IMG/VR virus record: IMGVR_UViG_3300030059_001404
Span: 2,826 to 66,825 of that record
From: a virus
Lineage: Duplodnaviria; Caudoviricetes
Strand: one strand, 5' to 3'
Length of the DNA: 64,000 nucleotides
A program made the translations under genes and the position numbers. Positions 1-7,895 of the stretch are shown here, one piece after another. A model generated the notes under the pieces. The model saw nothing but the letters and a program-made list of their open reading frames with translations, was not told the DNA's origin and did not search any database. How positions within the stretch are numbered: position 1 is the stretch's first letter; every line of letters starts with the position of its first letter.

Positions 1-68
1 CAGAAACATTGAAATTTTTTCCATCCTTCTTGCATTTTTAATCCAAGCTTTTCTAATAATTTTCCCAT
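1..68 (-). CDS. Hypothetical protein, 5' part only (runs off window)
   Basis: Manual translation MGKLLEKLGLKMQEGWKKFQCF..., ATG at 68-66 just after the stop of 82..330. Confidence 0.55.
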   Translation of the reverse strand, partial: MGKLLEKLGLKMQEGWKKFQCF

Positions 69-81
69 TAGTATTTTTTTA

Positions 82-330
82 TTATTCAAAAGGATTATCC
101 TTAACTTTTTTTTTAATAAGATGATTAGGGTTAAAGTGTACTCTTGTATCTGACCACATTCTTTTCGGAGGGACATAATCTACATAACAAACTTGGTCTT
201 TTACCGCAACTTGTTTAGGTACGCCTTTTATTTTTCCTTCAGAAATGATATTTACAGGTTCAACAACCTTAATATCTTTAACTGCAATTTTTTTTGCAGT
301 TTTAGTTTTTTTAGCTTTCTTTTTTGCCAT
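82..330 (-). CDS. Small basic hypothetical protein
   Basis: K-rich N-terminus MAKKKAKKTKTAKK; in a tightly packed minus-strand run. Confidence 0.75.
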   Translation of the reverse strand: MAKKKAKKTKTAKKIAVKDIKVVEPVNIISEGKIKGVPKQVAVKDQVCYVDYVPPKRMWSDTRVHFNPNHLIKKKVKDNPFE

Positions 331-351
331 TGAATTGAATTTAATTAATAT

Positions 352-510
352 TTATCTTTTAGATCTACCCATAACTCTTTTAAGTTTAGGATTTTTCCTT
401 TTAGCTGAAGCAGAAGCTTTTCTAGAAGCTGATGCTAATATAGCACCTGCTGCTTTCTTAGAATAACCTCCTTTTTTTGCTATTTTGGCTTGGACTTTTT
501 TAAAACTCAT
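352..510 (-). CDS. Small basic protein (52 aa, below ORF-track cutoff)
   Basis: Manual translation MSFKKVQAKIAKKGGYSKKAAGAILASASRKASASAKRKNPKLKRVMGRSKR; fills the gap between neighbours. Confidence 0.75.
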   Translation of the reverse strand: MSFKKVQAKIAKKGGYSKKAAGAILASASRKASASAKRKNPKLKRVMGRSKR

Positions 511-514
511 ATAA

Positions 515-733
515 TTAACTTAAATGATGATGAGTTTTCCATGTAGATAATGGCTGATAGTCCATAGACTTAACAGCACTAAAAGCACGCTTGCCCATTG
601 CTTTAGACATTCCTTTGCTTTCATTTCTACGAGACTTCATAGATTGTGATTTTTTTCCATTTCTAGATCCTAAAGATTCATCCATTCTTGAATTGTATCC
701 TTGACCTCCATGACCTGCGTGACGATATTCCAT
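515..733 (-). CDS. Small basic hypothetical protein
   Basis: ORF track; R/K/S/M-rich; packed with neighbours. Confidence 0.7.
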   Translation of the reverse strand: MEYRHAGHGGQGYNSRMDESLGSRNGKKSQSMKSRRNESKGMSKAMGKRAFSAVKSMDYQPLSTWKTHHHLS

Positions 734-756
734 TTTTTCTTTTTTTTTGTTTATTA

Positions 757-966
757 TTAATTAACTAGACAGCCTCTATTACGAGTTTTTCCTGCTCTTG
801 TTTTTGATCTACTTCCTCTTTTAGGCCCACATCTTGCTTTACTGTAAAGCTTATTAGCTTTTTCTTTTAACCTAGATGCTTTTCTTTGCTTTCCCTTACG
901 AGCTGCATTGTAAGACCTGTCATCAACTCTGCCTGCTCTTTTTACGAGTCTATCATATCGTGCCAT
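757..966 (-). CDS. Small R/K-rich protein
   Basis: ORF track; extreme basic composition. Confidence 0.7.
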   Translation of the reverse strand: MARYDRLVKRAGRVDDRSYNAARKGKQRKASRLKEKANKLYSKARCGPKRGSRSKTRAGKTRNRGCLVN

Positions 967-1005
967 AATTTATAGTTTTATTTGTTACTGTAATACCTGC
1001 TCCAC

Positions 1006-1395
1006 CTAATACGGAGGTAATTTTTTTCTTTTTTTAGTCATTCCCATAGTCGCCCCTGCTATTGCTCCAGAAGATCCAAATGCTTTCCTTGCTACTCTTT
1101 TAATAATTCTTTTTCCTTTAGTTTTTATCATTTTCCCAGCTTTTTTTATATTCTGGTTAGGAGAATTCTTTAAAACGTTTTTAATTTTTTGTTTTGTTTT
1201 TCTAACTAAAGCTCCTGGAATTTTTTTCATAGGAGTGTTTCTTATAGATTTATTCTTTGGGTTTGCTCTTTTTTTTACTGCTTTTTTTACAGCTTTCCCA
1301 ACACCATCTTTACCTCTCATTGCTCTTTCTAACCTACTTTGCTTTGCTGGGGAGCGTTTCTGTAATGCTTTTTTTCTTATTCCTTTTTTTACCAT
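1006..1395 (-). CDS. K/R-rich basic protein
   Basis: ORF track; extreme basic composition. Confidence 0.75.
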   Translation of the reverse strand: MVKKGIRKKALQKRSPAKQSRLERAMRGKDGVGKAVKKAVKKRANPKNKSIRNTPMKKIPGALVRKTKQKIKNVLKNSPNQNIKKAGKMIKTKGKRIIKRVARKAFGSSGAIAGATMGMTKKRKKLPPY

Positions 1396-1397
1396 GA

Positions 1398-1877
1398 TTA
1401 CTTTTTTGTTTTAACACGTTTAGGTGTACTCTTTATTTTTTTTATTGTACTTCTTACAGTACTTACAGCTCCTTTTACATTCCCTGATCTAAGTTGTTTA
1501 ACTGTATTGAAAGCTCCTACAGCTGCTTTTCCAAGCCTTGAGTTAGCTACTTTTTTTACAGCTTTAGATACTTTCTTTCCTGTAGCAACGCCTTTAGCAA
1601 TAGCTCTTCCTGCTCCTGTCTTTCCAGATTTTACAATCTTAGCTCTTCTTACTGATTTTTTTCCTGCTTTTTTTACAGCTCTTTTGACAACCCTATCCAT
1701 TTTCTTGACTGCTCTTTTAGCAACCCTTACTGCTCTCTTTGGCTTGGCTTTACCAACTTTTTTAGTTGCTCTTCCACTAATACGATCAACTTTCTTTACC
1801 ATTCGAGCTGTACCTTTAGCTCCTCTTTCGTTTATTTTATCAACTCTACGAGCTGCTGTTTTACTCATTGTAGCCAT
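1398..1877 (-). CDS. K/R/A/V-rich basic protein with histone H1-like composition
   Basis: Low-complexity repeats such as VKRAVKKAGKK and VAKRAVKK. Confidence 0.75.
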   Translation of the reverse strand: MATMSKTAARRVDKINERGAKGTARMVKKVDRISGRATKKVGKAKPKRAVRVAKRAVKKMDRVVKRAVKKAGKKSVRRAKIVKSGKTGAGRAIAKGVATGKKVSKAVKKVANSRLGKAAVGAFNTVKQLRSGNVKGAVSTVRSTIKKIKSTPKRVKTKK

Positions 1878-2164
1878 TAGTATTTTTTTAGTTTCATTTT
1901 CCCTGCCGCAGAAAGTTTTCCTGTTTTACGAGCTATTGCTTTTGTTTTACGAACAATTCTTTTTTTGTTAGAAGAAGGATTATAATCCTTTACACCTCTT
2001 ACCCCAGAAGTTCTAGATGGAGTTTTAAGTTGTGTTTTCATTTTTGCTATCTTACCCTTCTTACGAACTATTGCTTTAATCTTTCTTGCGTCTCTTTTAA
2101 CTGACTTTTTTTTAGAAGGAGGTCTTCCTACTTTTGATCCGTATGTTCCTTTTCCTTGTGGCAT
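1877..2164 (-). CDS. Small basic protein
   Basis: Starts MPQGKGTYGSKVGRPPSKKK; its stop overlaps the next start (TAATG coupling). Confidence 0.75.
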   Translation of the reverse strand: MPQGKGTYGSKVGRPPSKKKSVKRDARKIKAIVRKKGKIAKMKTQLKTPSRTSGVRGVKDYNPSSNKKRIVRKTKAIARKTGKLSAAGKMKLKKY

Positions 2165-2185
2165 GGGTTTTATTTTTTATATTTA

Positions 2186-2193
2186 CAAAGATA
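2186..2193 (-). promoter_or_regulatory. Bacteroidetes-type -7 promoter element TATCTTTG
   Basis: CAAAGATA on +, intergenic, upstream of 1877..2164. Confidence 0.6.
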
Positions 2194-2212
2194 ACAATTT
2201 AATTAAATCATT

Positions 2213-2665
2213 TTGAGACGAAATAATTACGACAGAATCGTGCCTACACATGATTATTTAAAATACTGGAGGGTTGTAAGGTATTGGGTTAAAGCCAAGT
2301 ACAACATAGGAACGCCAGAAATAGACATGCTTTTGTTTTTATATAGTGAAGACATCTTTAATAAAACAAAGTTTAACGAGTTTAATGAGTTAATGTCATG
2401 GGACGTAAATCGTTTTGACCAACTTTTGAAAAACGACTGGATACATGTTTGGAGAAAGAAAAGAGGTAAGGAGACATCCTTATACGAACTAACGTATAAG
2501 GGTAAACGATTAGTTAATCTTATTTATAAGAAATTAAATGGTGAGGAGTTAGGCGAAGACCAAAGAACTAATCCTTTATTCAGGAATGACGCATCTTACA
2601 CAGATAAGATTTATAAAAATTATATTAAAGAAATGAATCAAGCTACTAAGGATTTACTTCTTTGA
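2213..2665 (+). CDS. Winged helix-turn-helix (MarR-like) DNA-binding protein
   Basis: Pattern IDMLLFLY...LLKNDWIHVWR...LYELTYKGKRLV resembles MarR-type wHTH; TTG start. Confidence 0.65.
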   Translation: MRRNNYDRIVPTHDYLKYWRVVRYWVKAKYNIGTPEIDMLLFLYSEDIFNKTKFNEFNELMSWDVNRFDQLLKNDWIHVWRKKRGKETSLYELTYKGKRLVNLIYKKLNGEELGEDQRTNPLFRNDASYTDKIYKNYIKEMNQATKDLLL

Positions 2666-3160
2666 GTTTCTTTTTGCTTGTCTTGTTGCTTTTCTATTAT
2701 CTTTCTTTTCCCACTTACTATACTTCTTAAAAGCTTTAGGGCCAGTAACAAAAGTAGTTCTGGTTGTTCCTCTTTTATTAGTACGGTTTCTTGTAGCAAA
2801 TTGATCTCCAGTTTCTTTATCTTGACGGACAGATTTACTTCTAAAAGTCTGTTTACCTTTTCTTGTGTTTGTAGTAGAAGAACTTTTTGATCTTTCGTAC
2901 TTGCTGTTTTGACTTGACTTAGACCTAACTTGTTGTGAAAATTTTTCTTTAGTTTTAGTCTTGCCTTTTTTCTTAGTAGAAGTTCTTGTTTTTACAACAG
3001 TAGATGACTTAACTCTAGTCTTAGCTGCTAGTCTTGTAGCTGCTTTTTTCTTTTCAGCAGGTGTTCTCTTGTCTTTTAAAACTGTGCTAGTCGTAGGTTT
3101 TGATCTGGCCTTAGCAGTTTGCCTACTTCTATAAACTTTAGTTTTTTGTTTCTTTGCCAT
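2654..3160 (-). CDS. K/R/T/S-rich basic protein
   Basis: ORF track; extreme basic composition; has its own TATCTTTG upstream. Confidence 0.75.
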   Translation of the reverse strand: MAKKQKTKVYRSRQTAKARSKPTTSTVLKDKRTPAEKKKAATRLAAKTRVKSSTVVKTRTSTKKKGKTKTKEKFSQQVRSKSSQNSKYERSKSSSTTNTRKGKQTFRSKSVRQDKETGDQFATRNRTNKRGTTRTTFVTGPKAFKKYSKWEKKDNRKATRQAKRNSKK

Positions 3161-3164
3161 AATA

Positions 3165-3172
3165 CAAAGATA
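3165..3172 (-). promoter_or_regulatory. -7 promoter element TATCTTTG (possibly leaderless transcript)
   Basis: CAAAGATA on +, 4 nt from the ATG at 3160. Confidence 0.5.
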
Positions 3173-3182
3173 AGAATTTACT

Positions 3183-3440
3183 TTAAAGCACTACAACCAC
3201 ATTACGCTCTTCAATAATTGTCATTGACTCGTTATTGATTAACATAGAGTGTCCAGCATTCTTATCATAGTATATAAGATCGTCTGCTTTTATTACAGTA
3301 ACAGCACTACCAGGCTTTATAACCATACCTTTCTTATATCTAAACTCATCGATATCCTGTGCTGATAGTAAGATACCAGAATTAGTCTTTAGTTCTTCGT
3401 CTATTGGTTTTACTGCTATGTATTTTCCTATTGGTTGCAT
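3183..3440 (-). CDS. groES: Co-chaperonin GroES (Cpn10)
   Basis: MQPIGKYIAVKP...KTNSGILL mobile-loop pattern; adjacent to groEL. Confidence 0.9.
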   Translation of the reverse strand: MQPIGKYIAVKPIDEELKTNSGILLSAQDIDEFRYKKGMVIKPGSAVTVIKADDLIYYDKNAGHSMLINNESMTIIEERNVVVVL

Positions 3441-3442
3441 AT

Positions 3443-5047
3443 CTATTCGTTTAATCTTTTGTGAGTAATAACTGCATTAGTACTTAGTATCGTTGTAGCT
3501 ACAGACACTGCATTAATTAAAGCAGCTTTAGTTACCTTTAAAGGATCTATAACTCCGAGCTTATACATGTCACCATATGTTTCGTTTTTAACATCATAGC
3601 CATCATTGTCTTTTCTGTGTTCTAAAGTTTCTAATACTGTGTTATAATCTATTCCTGCATTAACAAGTATTTGTATTAATGGAGATTCTAATGCTTTAAT
3701 CATAATAGATAAAGCTACAAAATAGTTTTCATCATTACTTCTTTCCCCTTTTCTTTTTTGTGCTAATCTAAATAAAGCTATTCCTCCACCAGCTACTATT
3801 CCTTCTTGTAGTGCTGAACGTACTGCACATACTGAATCATCTACTCTGTCAAATTTTTCTTTTTGTTCTATATCACTATTACCTCCTACATAAATACATC
3901 CTATCGAACCTGCTAGACTAGCAATACGATCATTAATAAACTTTCTATCACCTAAGTGTGTAGTGTTTTCTTGTTGAAGTTTTAGTTGTTTGATTCTTTC
4001 TGAGATTTCTTCAGACATTTCTTCGTTCTTAATTATAACAGAACTTTCTTTTCCTATAATAATTTTGTCTGCATGTCCTAAATCTTCAGCTGTCATAAGA
4101 CTTAAATCATCTCCTGTTTTTTCTGAGAAGTATTTAGCTCCTATAGACAATGCAATATCCTGCATTAGCTCGTGAGTCTTGTATCCAAATGATGGCGGTA
4201 CAATGTTACAGAACTTTAATCCATTACGAACAACATTAGCTGCAAGCGTATTAACTACATTAGAATTACACTCTCCTATAATAAGAAGCTTCTCTCCTTT
4301 TTGTATAATTGGTTTTAGGATGTTTTCTATTTGTAGTATGTTGCTTATCTCCTGGTCACAAACTAATACCTTAACATCTTCTAATATACATTCGTCTTTC
4401 TTTTGGTTATTAATAAACAAAGGAGTAGTATATCCTCTATCAATCTTAATACCATTAGTTACTTCAGAATATGTAGACGCACTCATAGATTTCTCTACAG
4501 TTACTATTCCGTCAATACCCACCTTACTATAAGCGTCAGCAATAATATTTCCTAATACTTTGTCATTGTTAGCTGATATAGCTGCAACATCTTTTAATCT
4601 TGCTCCAGTTACTTTCTTACTGTTCTTCTTTAACAACGTAATGAATTTATCTGTAAGCTCGTTCATGTACTTTATAACTTCAGTTACATTGGTATCTTTA
4701 GTTATATACTCTTGACCTGCTAAAACTAAAGCTTCTGTTAATACAATAGCTGTTGTAGTTCCATCACCTGCTGAGGTTGCTGTTCTATTAGCTGCTTCTT
4801 GCATCATTTGTATTGCAAGGTTTTCTGCCGCATCTAATAAAGCTACTGATCTTGCAACGGTTACTCCATCTTTAGTTACTGTAATTCCGTTAGTGTGTGC
4901 TGGGGATTCTATTAAGACTGTTCGTCCTCGTGGCCCTAATGTTGATTTCACTGCTTTCGATATTGCAGTAATTCCGTTGATTAACTTTTGTCTTCCGTCC
5001 TGACCAAAGTCTAGGTTCTTAGGTATGTATCCTGATTCTGATTGCAT
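3443..5047 (-). CDS. groEL: Chaperonin GroEL (Cpn60), phage-encoded
   Basis: STLGPRGR, VTKDGVTVA, AGDGTTT, GIVAGGG and GVIDPLKVT motifs; no C-terminal GGM tail. Confidence 0.97.
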   Translation of the reverse strand: MQSESGYIPKNLDFGQDGRQKLINGITAISKAVKSTLGPRGRTVLIESPAHTNGITVTKDGVTVARSVALLDAAENLAIQMMQEAANRTATSAGDGTTTAIVLTEALVLAGQEYITKDTNVTEVIKYMNELTDKFITLLKKNSKKVTGARLKDVAAISANNDKVLGNIIADAYSKVGIDGIVTVEKSMSASTYSEVTNGIKIDRGYTTPLFINNQKKDECILEDVKVLVCDQEISNILQIENILKPIIQKGEKLLIIGECNSNVVNTLAANVVRNGLKFCNIVPPSFGYKTHELMQDIALSIGAKYFSEKTGDDLSLMTAEDLGHADKIIIGKESSVIIKNEEMSEEISERIKQLKLQQENTTHLGDRKFINDRIASLAGSIGCIYVGGNSDIEQKEKFDRVDDSVCAVRSALQEGIVAGGGIALFRLAQKRKGERSNDENYFVALSIMIKALESPLIQILVNAGIDYNTVLETLEHRKDNDGYDVKNETYGDMYKLGVIDPLKVTKAALINAVSVATTILSTNAVITHKRLNE

Positions 5048-5070
5048 ATTATAGTGTATTAGATTAAGAA

Positions 5071-5078
5071 CAAATATA
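5071..5078 (-). promoter_or_regulatory. -7 promoter element TATATTTG for groEL/groES
   Basis: CAAATATA on +, 23 nt upstream of the groEL start. Confidence 0.6.
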
Positions 5079-5190
5079 TAAAATATTTGATACGTTATGT
5101 TAAAATGTTAAATTTATTTATCAAAATTGAACTATAGGAACAAATTATTTATTTATTTTTTTTCTATACTCTAAAACTTTATACTTTTTC

Positions 5191-5283
5191 TAACATTTCA
5201 ACATTAAAAAAATATAATAAAGTAGTTATCAATTAGTTAGATTAAAAATTGAAAATTAAAATCAACATAAAATCAACATAAAA
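5191..5283. repeat. AT-rich element, copy 1 (TAACATTTCAACAT...AAGTAGTTA...AACATAAAA)
   Basis: Same motif string recurs at 14236-14316; near-inverted copy ATGTTAAAATGTTA at 5097-5110. Confidence 0.65.
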
Positions 5284-5314
5284 AAAAGAGTACCCACACA
5301 AGATACTCTTTTTT
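5281..5314. terminator. Possible bidirectional intrinsic terminator
   Basis: A-tract + AGAGTA / TACTCT + T-tract, downstream of 5344..5565. Confidence 0.5.
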
Positions 5315-5343
5315 ACCATCAATCAAAACACACAAAATTTTTT

Positions 5344-5565
5344 TTAGAACAATTTACTTGTGTAGTTCTTTTTATATTCAGCACGCTCCATACCTTCAGC
5401 AATCTGATTTATCTTTCTCTCGTTAGCGTAAGCTCTCTTTAGCCTGGACATTCTCTCCAACCCTGATTCACCATCACGTCTGTTATTAATTAGTCTTCCG
5501 TTTTTTATAGTTAGTCCGTCCATAATTTTTTTTTGTAAAGGTAATAAAATTTTTTTAGACATCAC
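5344..5565 (-). CDS. Small basic hypothetical protein
   Basis: ORF track; first gene of the minus-strand arm. Confidence 0.7.
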   Translation of the reverse strand: MMSKKILLPLQKKIMDGLTIKNGRLINNRRDGESGLERMSRLKRAYANERKINQIAEGMERAEYKKNYTSKLF

Positions 5566-5951
5566 GAACCTGAGGGTTATTAGCCATTATACGTTGTCAT
5601 AGCTGTAAAACAAAGTCATATTTATTTGATTTGTTTAATTGAATCTCAAAAAACTTTCTGCAACTTTCTGACTTTTTATTTTAGGGGGGGTATCCCTAGG
5701 CTTCCCTATACGCACATAGCTGCGTTCTCCTAGCCCCAGAGTTCGTATCACATACAGACATCACGAGGTGCGAGATAGTACCCCTACGCCCATCTACTAG
5801 ATGAAACATTATACAGTGTAGCAGCCACTGTAAAGCAATTGATATAGAGAGTATTAAGTGTGTGACAATATGGCTGAACGATATGACAAATCAACATAGC
5901 AAGTTATACTAAAGTTTTACCTATTTAATGCTCAGGTTATATATAATAGTG

Positions 5952-5959
5952 TATATTTG
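5952..5959 (+). promoter_or_regulatory. Early promoter -7 element TATATTTG
   Basis: TAnnTTTG followed by CA, at the head of the + strand arm. Confidence 0.65.
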
Positions 5960-5968
5960 CATAGAATT

Positions 5969-6111
5969 CGTGAGTAGGTTGAGAGGAAATGGGGGCTACC
6001 CCTAGAACAACTACCCAGCGAGGGTAAACCTACTACGGACTTCAGAGCAACACAACCCAGTACATTGACATAACGAGTAACGCTGATATTGAGAGGGCAA
6101 CCTATACCTCA
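5969..6111 (+). ncRNA. Structured 5' leader / candidate small RNA
   Basis: Stem 5969-5980/6027-6037 encloses hairpins GGGG-GCTA-CCCC and TACCC-AGCGA-GGGTA; further hairpin AGG-GCAA-CCT; no long ORF. Confidence 0.4.
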
Positions 6112-6148
6112 TTAAAAACAAGATGAATGCAGTCAGCAATACTCCTCG

Positions 6149-6201
6149 GATAGTCCTAACCATATAGGTTAGCTGATGAGGATTTTGTATCCGAAACTAT
6201 C
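6149..6201 (+). ncRNA. Hammerhead ribozyme, type III (HH1); predicted cleavage 3' of C6155
   Basis: GATAGT-C | stem I CTAACC-ATATA-GGTTAG | CTGATGA | stem II GGAT-TTTGT-ATCC | GAA | ACTATC pairing with GATAGT. Confidence 0.93.
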
Positions 6202-6270
6202 AAATACTAGAGTAGAGGGTAAGTACAGACAGAAATTGATCAGGAGAAATTAATCAATAACAACAACAAG

Positions 6271-6525
6271 ATGAGAAAACCAAAAGCAGTGTATTTCAAA
6301 GAGAGATACGACAATGCGATAGAGAACAATCTATCGAGTAAGGCAGCATACTACAAGAGTAGATTGGTGCAGATGGGAGAATGGAGTGAGGTAAAGGATT
6401 TAAAGGATGGAGCGAGTGTAAAGGTTACAACGTGTGACATTAAAGGAGGTAGAGGTACTGGATTACAGAGACACGAGATGGACTTTGGTAAAGGAGGAGA
6501 GTCCTTTGTCTTCTATAGTATGTAA
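6271..6525 (+). CDS. Early hypothetical protein
   Basis: ORF track; A-rich leader ending AAG-ATG; lies between HH1 and HH2. Confidence 0.75.
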   Translation: MRKPKAVYFKERYDNAIENNLSSKAAYYKSRLVQMGEWSEVKDLKDGASVKVTTCDIKGGRGTGLQRHEMDFGKGGESFVFYSM

Positions 6526-6610
6526 GATTAGCTGATGAGGATTTAATATCCGAAACTAGAGTCGCAAACGCAATTGGCCATTGTAACAGTTTGAGGCTCT
6601 AGTCCTAATC
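6526..6610 (+). ncRNA. Hammerhead ribozyme, type I (HH2); predicted cleavage 3' of C6604
   Basis: GATTAG | CTGATGA | GGAT-TTAAT-ATCC | GAA | stem III ACTAGAGTC...GGCTCTAGT | C | CTAATC pairing with GATTAG. Confidence 0.93.
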
Positions 6611-6626
6611 AAAACAAATAAATAAG

Positions 6627-6929
6627 ATGATAACAATTAAGAAAAGCAGGGTATTTCATAATATGGTAACCCTAGAACTAACTGTAGAACAAGTACAGAT
6701 TATCGCACACAATCTAGACTTACAGATGTACGATGTACAAGACATCAATGATGGCCTAGAGGATGATGAAAAGTATGATACAGAATTAATAAAAGAATCG
6801 TGTACCGATATACTAGCAGAATGTCAAGCAATCGGAATTTGGGGAAACTTACCAATGCTTAACGAAGAAGTAATTGACACGACAAATGCAGATGAGTTAC
6901 TTGACAAACTAAATAATACTAATAAATAA
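6627..6929 (+). CDS. Acidic early hypothetical protein
   Basis: ORF track; 21 D/E vs 7 K/R by hand count. Confidence 0.75.
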   Translation: MITIKKSRVFHNMVTLELTVEQVQIIAHNLDLQMYDVQDINDGLEDDEKYDTELIKESCTDILAECQAIGIWGNLPMLNEEVIDTTNADELLDKLNNTNK

Positions 6930-6939
6930 AATATCAATT

Positions 6940-7350
6940 ATGAAAAAATCAAATGGAACGTGTGTTGCTAAAGAATCAGTAACACTTAAAAATTTCTTAT
7001 ACGAATATGTTAACATAAAAATTCAAGACAACTGGAGTGCTACTGCTGATTACTATATTCAATCAGAGGACTCTGCCTGTGGAAGTACTATGTATACATT
7101 AAAAGAGAGTGGAGTCGCACTAAATATATCAGAGAATGTATATCTAGATGACTACTCGCTTTACGATGCCTTATGGGAATTCTTTGAGGGACAAAACTAC
7201 ATTCTTAATGTAGAGACAGATACTATCATACAAATGGATGAGGACATCTTAGAAGCATTAGAAGAAATGTGGATGGATGATGGAGAATATAAAGAAAGAC
7301 TATGTGACCACTTTGACATAGAGTATGTAGAGTATGAAGATGAAGATTAA
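6940..7350 (+). CDS. Very acidic early protein (DNA-mimic candidate)
   Basis: 33 D/E vs 8 K/R in 136 aa by hand count; the DNA-mimic function is inference. Confidence 0.75.
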   Translation: MKKSNGTCVAKESVTLKNFLYEYVNIKIQDNWSATADYYIQSEDSACGSTMYTLKESGVALNISENVYLDDYSLYDALWEFFEGQNYILNVETDTIIQMDEDILEALEEMWMDDGEYKERLCDHFDIEYVEYEDED

Positions 7351-7398
7351 CTGAAGAGGATTCAATATCCGAAACTAGCAGAGATGCTAGTCTTAATC
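7345..7398 (+). ncRNA. Hammerhead ribozyme, type I (HH3); predicted cleavage 3' of C7392
   Basis: GATTAA | CTGAAGA | GGAT-TCAAT-ATCC | GAA | ACTAGCA-GAGA-TGCTAGT | C | TTAATC pairing with GATTAA. Confidence 0.93.
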
Positions 7399-7413
7399 AA
7401 AACATTATAAGAT

Positions 7414-7620
7414 ATGAATTTAGTACAACAATTGGTAGAAGGGCTACCAGTCTATTCTCAGAGCAACTCTGAAGGACTAGCAAAGCAAACTCAAGAGTTA
7501 ATAATGATTGACAAGTATGAGAACATACCTACAATCAAATGTCCAACTGAAATACAGAAGTCTTTAAAGTTCGTAGGATTTAAAGGATTGTCTGATTTCG
7601 TAACACAATATACAATATGA
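7414..7620 (+). CDS. Early hypothetical protein
   Basis: ORF track; starts 21 nt after the HH3 cleavage site. Confidence 0.7.
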   Translation: MNLVQQLVEGLPVYSQSNSEGLAKQTQELIMIDKYENIPTIKCPTEIQKSLKFVGFKGLSDFVTQYTI

Positions 7621-7895
7621 ATTTAGCAGAGTATTTAGAAGAATGTAAATTATTAATCACTAAAAAAACTACTATGACACCACAGAGTTATGTACACTAT
7701 TGGGACTTGTCAGATAATAACGTGCTAGAAATTAGCTATGACTTTTGGAAAGAACCAACCACACATCTTGATGAAGGTGGAGATTTTATTGAGATACATA
7801 AAATCATACTTAACGGAGATGATATGACAGATAAACTAGATGTTTTCTATGATGAGATAGAAGATGATATTAAAGAGAGAGGTAGTCACTTATGA
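7617..7895 (+). CDS. Acidic early hypothetical protein
   Basis: ATGA coupling with the upstream ORF; 22 D/E in 92 aa. Confidence 0.75.
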   Translation: MNLAEYLEECKLLITKKTTMTPQSYVHYWDLSDNNVLEISYDFWKEPTTHLDEGGDFIEIHKIILNGDDMTDKLDVFYDEIEDDIKERGSHL

